Assembly (NCBI GenBank): GCA_963727445.1
Contig: CAVSGI010000011.1
Span: 32,001-96,000, forward strand
Origin: an uncultured delta proteobacterium
GTDB taxonomy: Bacteria; Myxococcota_A; Polyangia; Polyangiales; B10-G4
DNA length: 64,000 bases
Reading direction: 5' to 3'
In this document: positions 62,458 to 64,000 of the stretch, piece after piece
Layout: every line of letters begins with the position of its first letter
How positions within the stretch are numbered: the stretch's first letter is position 1
Program-made: the position numbers and the translations under genes
Notes under the pieces: generated by a model
Database searches by the model: none
Told to the model about the DNA's origin: nothing
What the model saw: only the letters and a program-made list of their open reading frames with translations

Positions 62458-64000
62458 TCTGGGCGCATCGCTCGCTCGTTCTCGCTCGCGCTCCTCGCCC
62501 TCTTCCTGGTGCCGCTGTCCGCATCCGCGCAGACGAACGCCGAGCGCTACCAAGACCTCGCGCTGCCGATGACGGTGGCCCTGGTCGACAGCGAGATGCC
62601 CGTGAGTCAGCGGCCGAACGCGCGCGCCGTGCTCGAAGCGCTCGACGCGATCGGTCAGGGTCCGGAGCTCGTCGTCGGTACGCGGGGGGCGTCGCATCTG
62701 CGTTTCTGTCGCCGCGCCAGCCTGTGCGGTGACGCCTTTGCGCGTTGGAAGTCGTTCTACGCGCCGGTGTCCGAGGGCACCGTAGGCAAGGCCTTCGACC
62801 GCGTCTTCGAGGTCGAAGCGGAGCCCACCTCCCTCGCGGCGGTGGTCCAAGCCGTGGAGGTGATGCGACACTCCGCCATTCGCGCTGTCGGTGGTCTCGG
62901 CCCAGTGAAGATCTGGGTGCTCGGGTCCCTGGAAAAGGCGGAGATAGGCAGCGACGACATCGTCGTCGTCCGCCCGTCACAGACCTCGCGAGAGCTCGTC
63001 GATCTTCTCTGCGGCTCGACCAGCGGCGAGTGCTTTTCCCCGCCCCCACCGATCTTGCGCTATCGCGGCCAGCAGGGCGTGCGGATCTTCGTCGACGAAT
63101 CGGGGAGGCCCATTCGGTCCGAGCCCGTTCTCGTCGGCGAGCGCTTCGGCCAGGTCCCCGAGGCCACCGAGCTCGCCATCCTCACCCCCTGGATCAGCGC
63201 GATGTCGCTCGAGTGGAACGGGGGCGAGCAGGCCTTCGTCCATCTGGTCGGGCAGCGGACGGAGCGCATGGGGGGCTTCTACGACATCGCGGTCACCCTC
63301 GACGGTGCGCCCCAACGTTACGTCTTCGACGGTGCCTCGCTGGTCGTGTCGATGCCGGCGCGGGCGCCGGGCCATCACGTCCTGCGCGCGGAGGTCGCCG
63401 GGGGACAACTGACCGAGCCTTTGGTCGAGGTCGCAGAACACGACGTGGATTGGATCGTGGAGCTCGGCACTCTCTCGCCCGGGGACATGCCGCGATGTGT
63501 GCCGCTCGCGTCGGGTTTCGGTCCCGTCGGAGAGCTCCCCGCTTTCCTCCACGTCGACACGCACGACGACGAGATCTGCGGCTCCGTCTCCCTCGCCGCC
63601 GTCTCGCCAGTCGCCGACTGGCCCGCGTGGCGTGGCGCCGACGGAGTGAGGCGAGAGGTGCGGCTTCACGCCTCGCCTTCACCGATCCTCTGGGTCGTCG
63701 TCGCCGCCCTCTTCGTCGTGGCCACCTTCGCCACCCGCCGCCTGCTCCACCTCCTGTTTCTGAGGCGTCGCCCCACCCACGTCGTCGTGGTGCGCAGAGA
63801 CGACGCGAACTATCGTGACGCCGGCGGTCCCGAGCGGGTCGTGGAGATCGCCGCCGGTCCCATCGCGGGCCTCGCACCCGAGCTCGCCGACGTGGATCTC
63901 ACCATCGACATCGGCGCCGTCATGACCGTCTCGGCGTCCTCGCCCTTTCTCTACAAGCTTCAGACCACGGGCGAGGTGCACCGTGGCGCCCGCGCCGTCC
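62458..64000 (+). CDS. hypothetical secreted/membrane protein running off the window (missing from the ORF track)
   Basis: Frame with GC3-rich codons that I read as open after TAA at 62455-62457 to the window end; signal-like GRIARSFSLALLALFLVPLSASAQ; TM helix near 63685-63765; no canonical start before the signal (possible indel). Confidence 0.65.

Overview
High-GC bacterial DNA, most likely Myxococcota (Polyangia/Sandaracinaceae-like). This is inferred from MYXO-CTERM tails, a TIGR02266-type PilZ protein, a TPR-PEGA/Ser-Thr kinase pair and many lipoproteins with Asp/Ala/Gly linkers. Core-type genes: tlyA, ssb, ccmF, an M16 peptidase pair, dnaK, trxB, a K+ channel, a flippase, LysR and LuxR regulators, and a two-component system followed by a TolC-MFP-RND operon. 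Two accessory stretches (about 1-8.7 kb and 34.6-43.7 kb) hold secreted or lipoprotein genes, gene fragments, IS110 remnants and three kinds of structured non-coding element: (i) 72-bp GGGGAC..GTCCCC REPIN-like hairpins at points where three different genes are cut; (ii) an 86-bp hairpin element inserted in the IS110 gene, with a structural look-alike downstream of dnaK; (iii) a roughly 210-bp repeat present twice, bracketing a 7-kb block. Unusual proteins include an FHA-CpaF fusion lacking the Walker A lysine, an S74 chaperone lipoprotein with Cys in place of the catalytic Ser, a matrixin-like MYXO-CTERM protein without Zn ligands, and CcmF fused to a CcmI-like/zinc-ribbon module. dnaK carries about 18 single-base insertions that look like a consensus artefact, and isolated frameshifts elsewhere suggest imperfect polishing. 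I saw no rRNA, tRNA or CRISPR array. All family assignments come from recognising motifs by eye; no database search was run.
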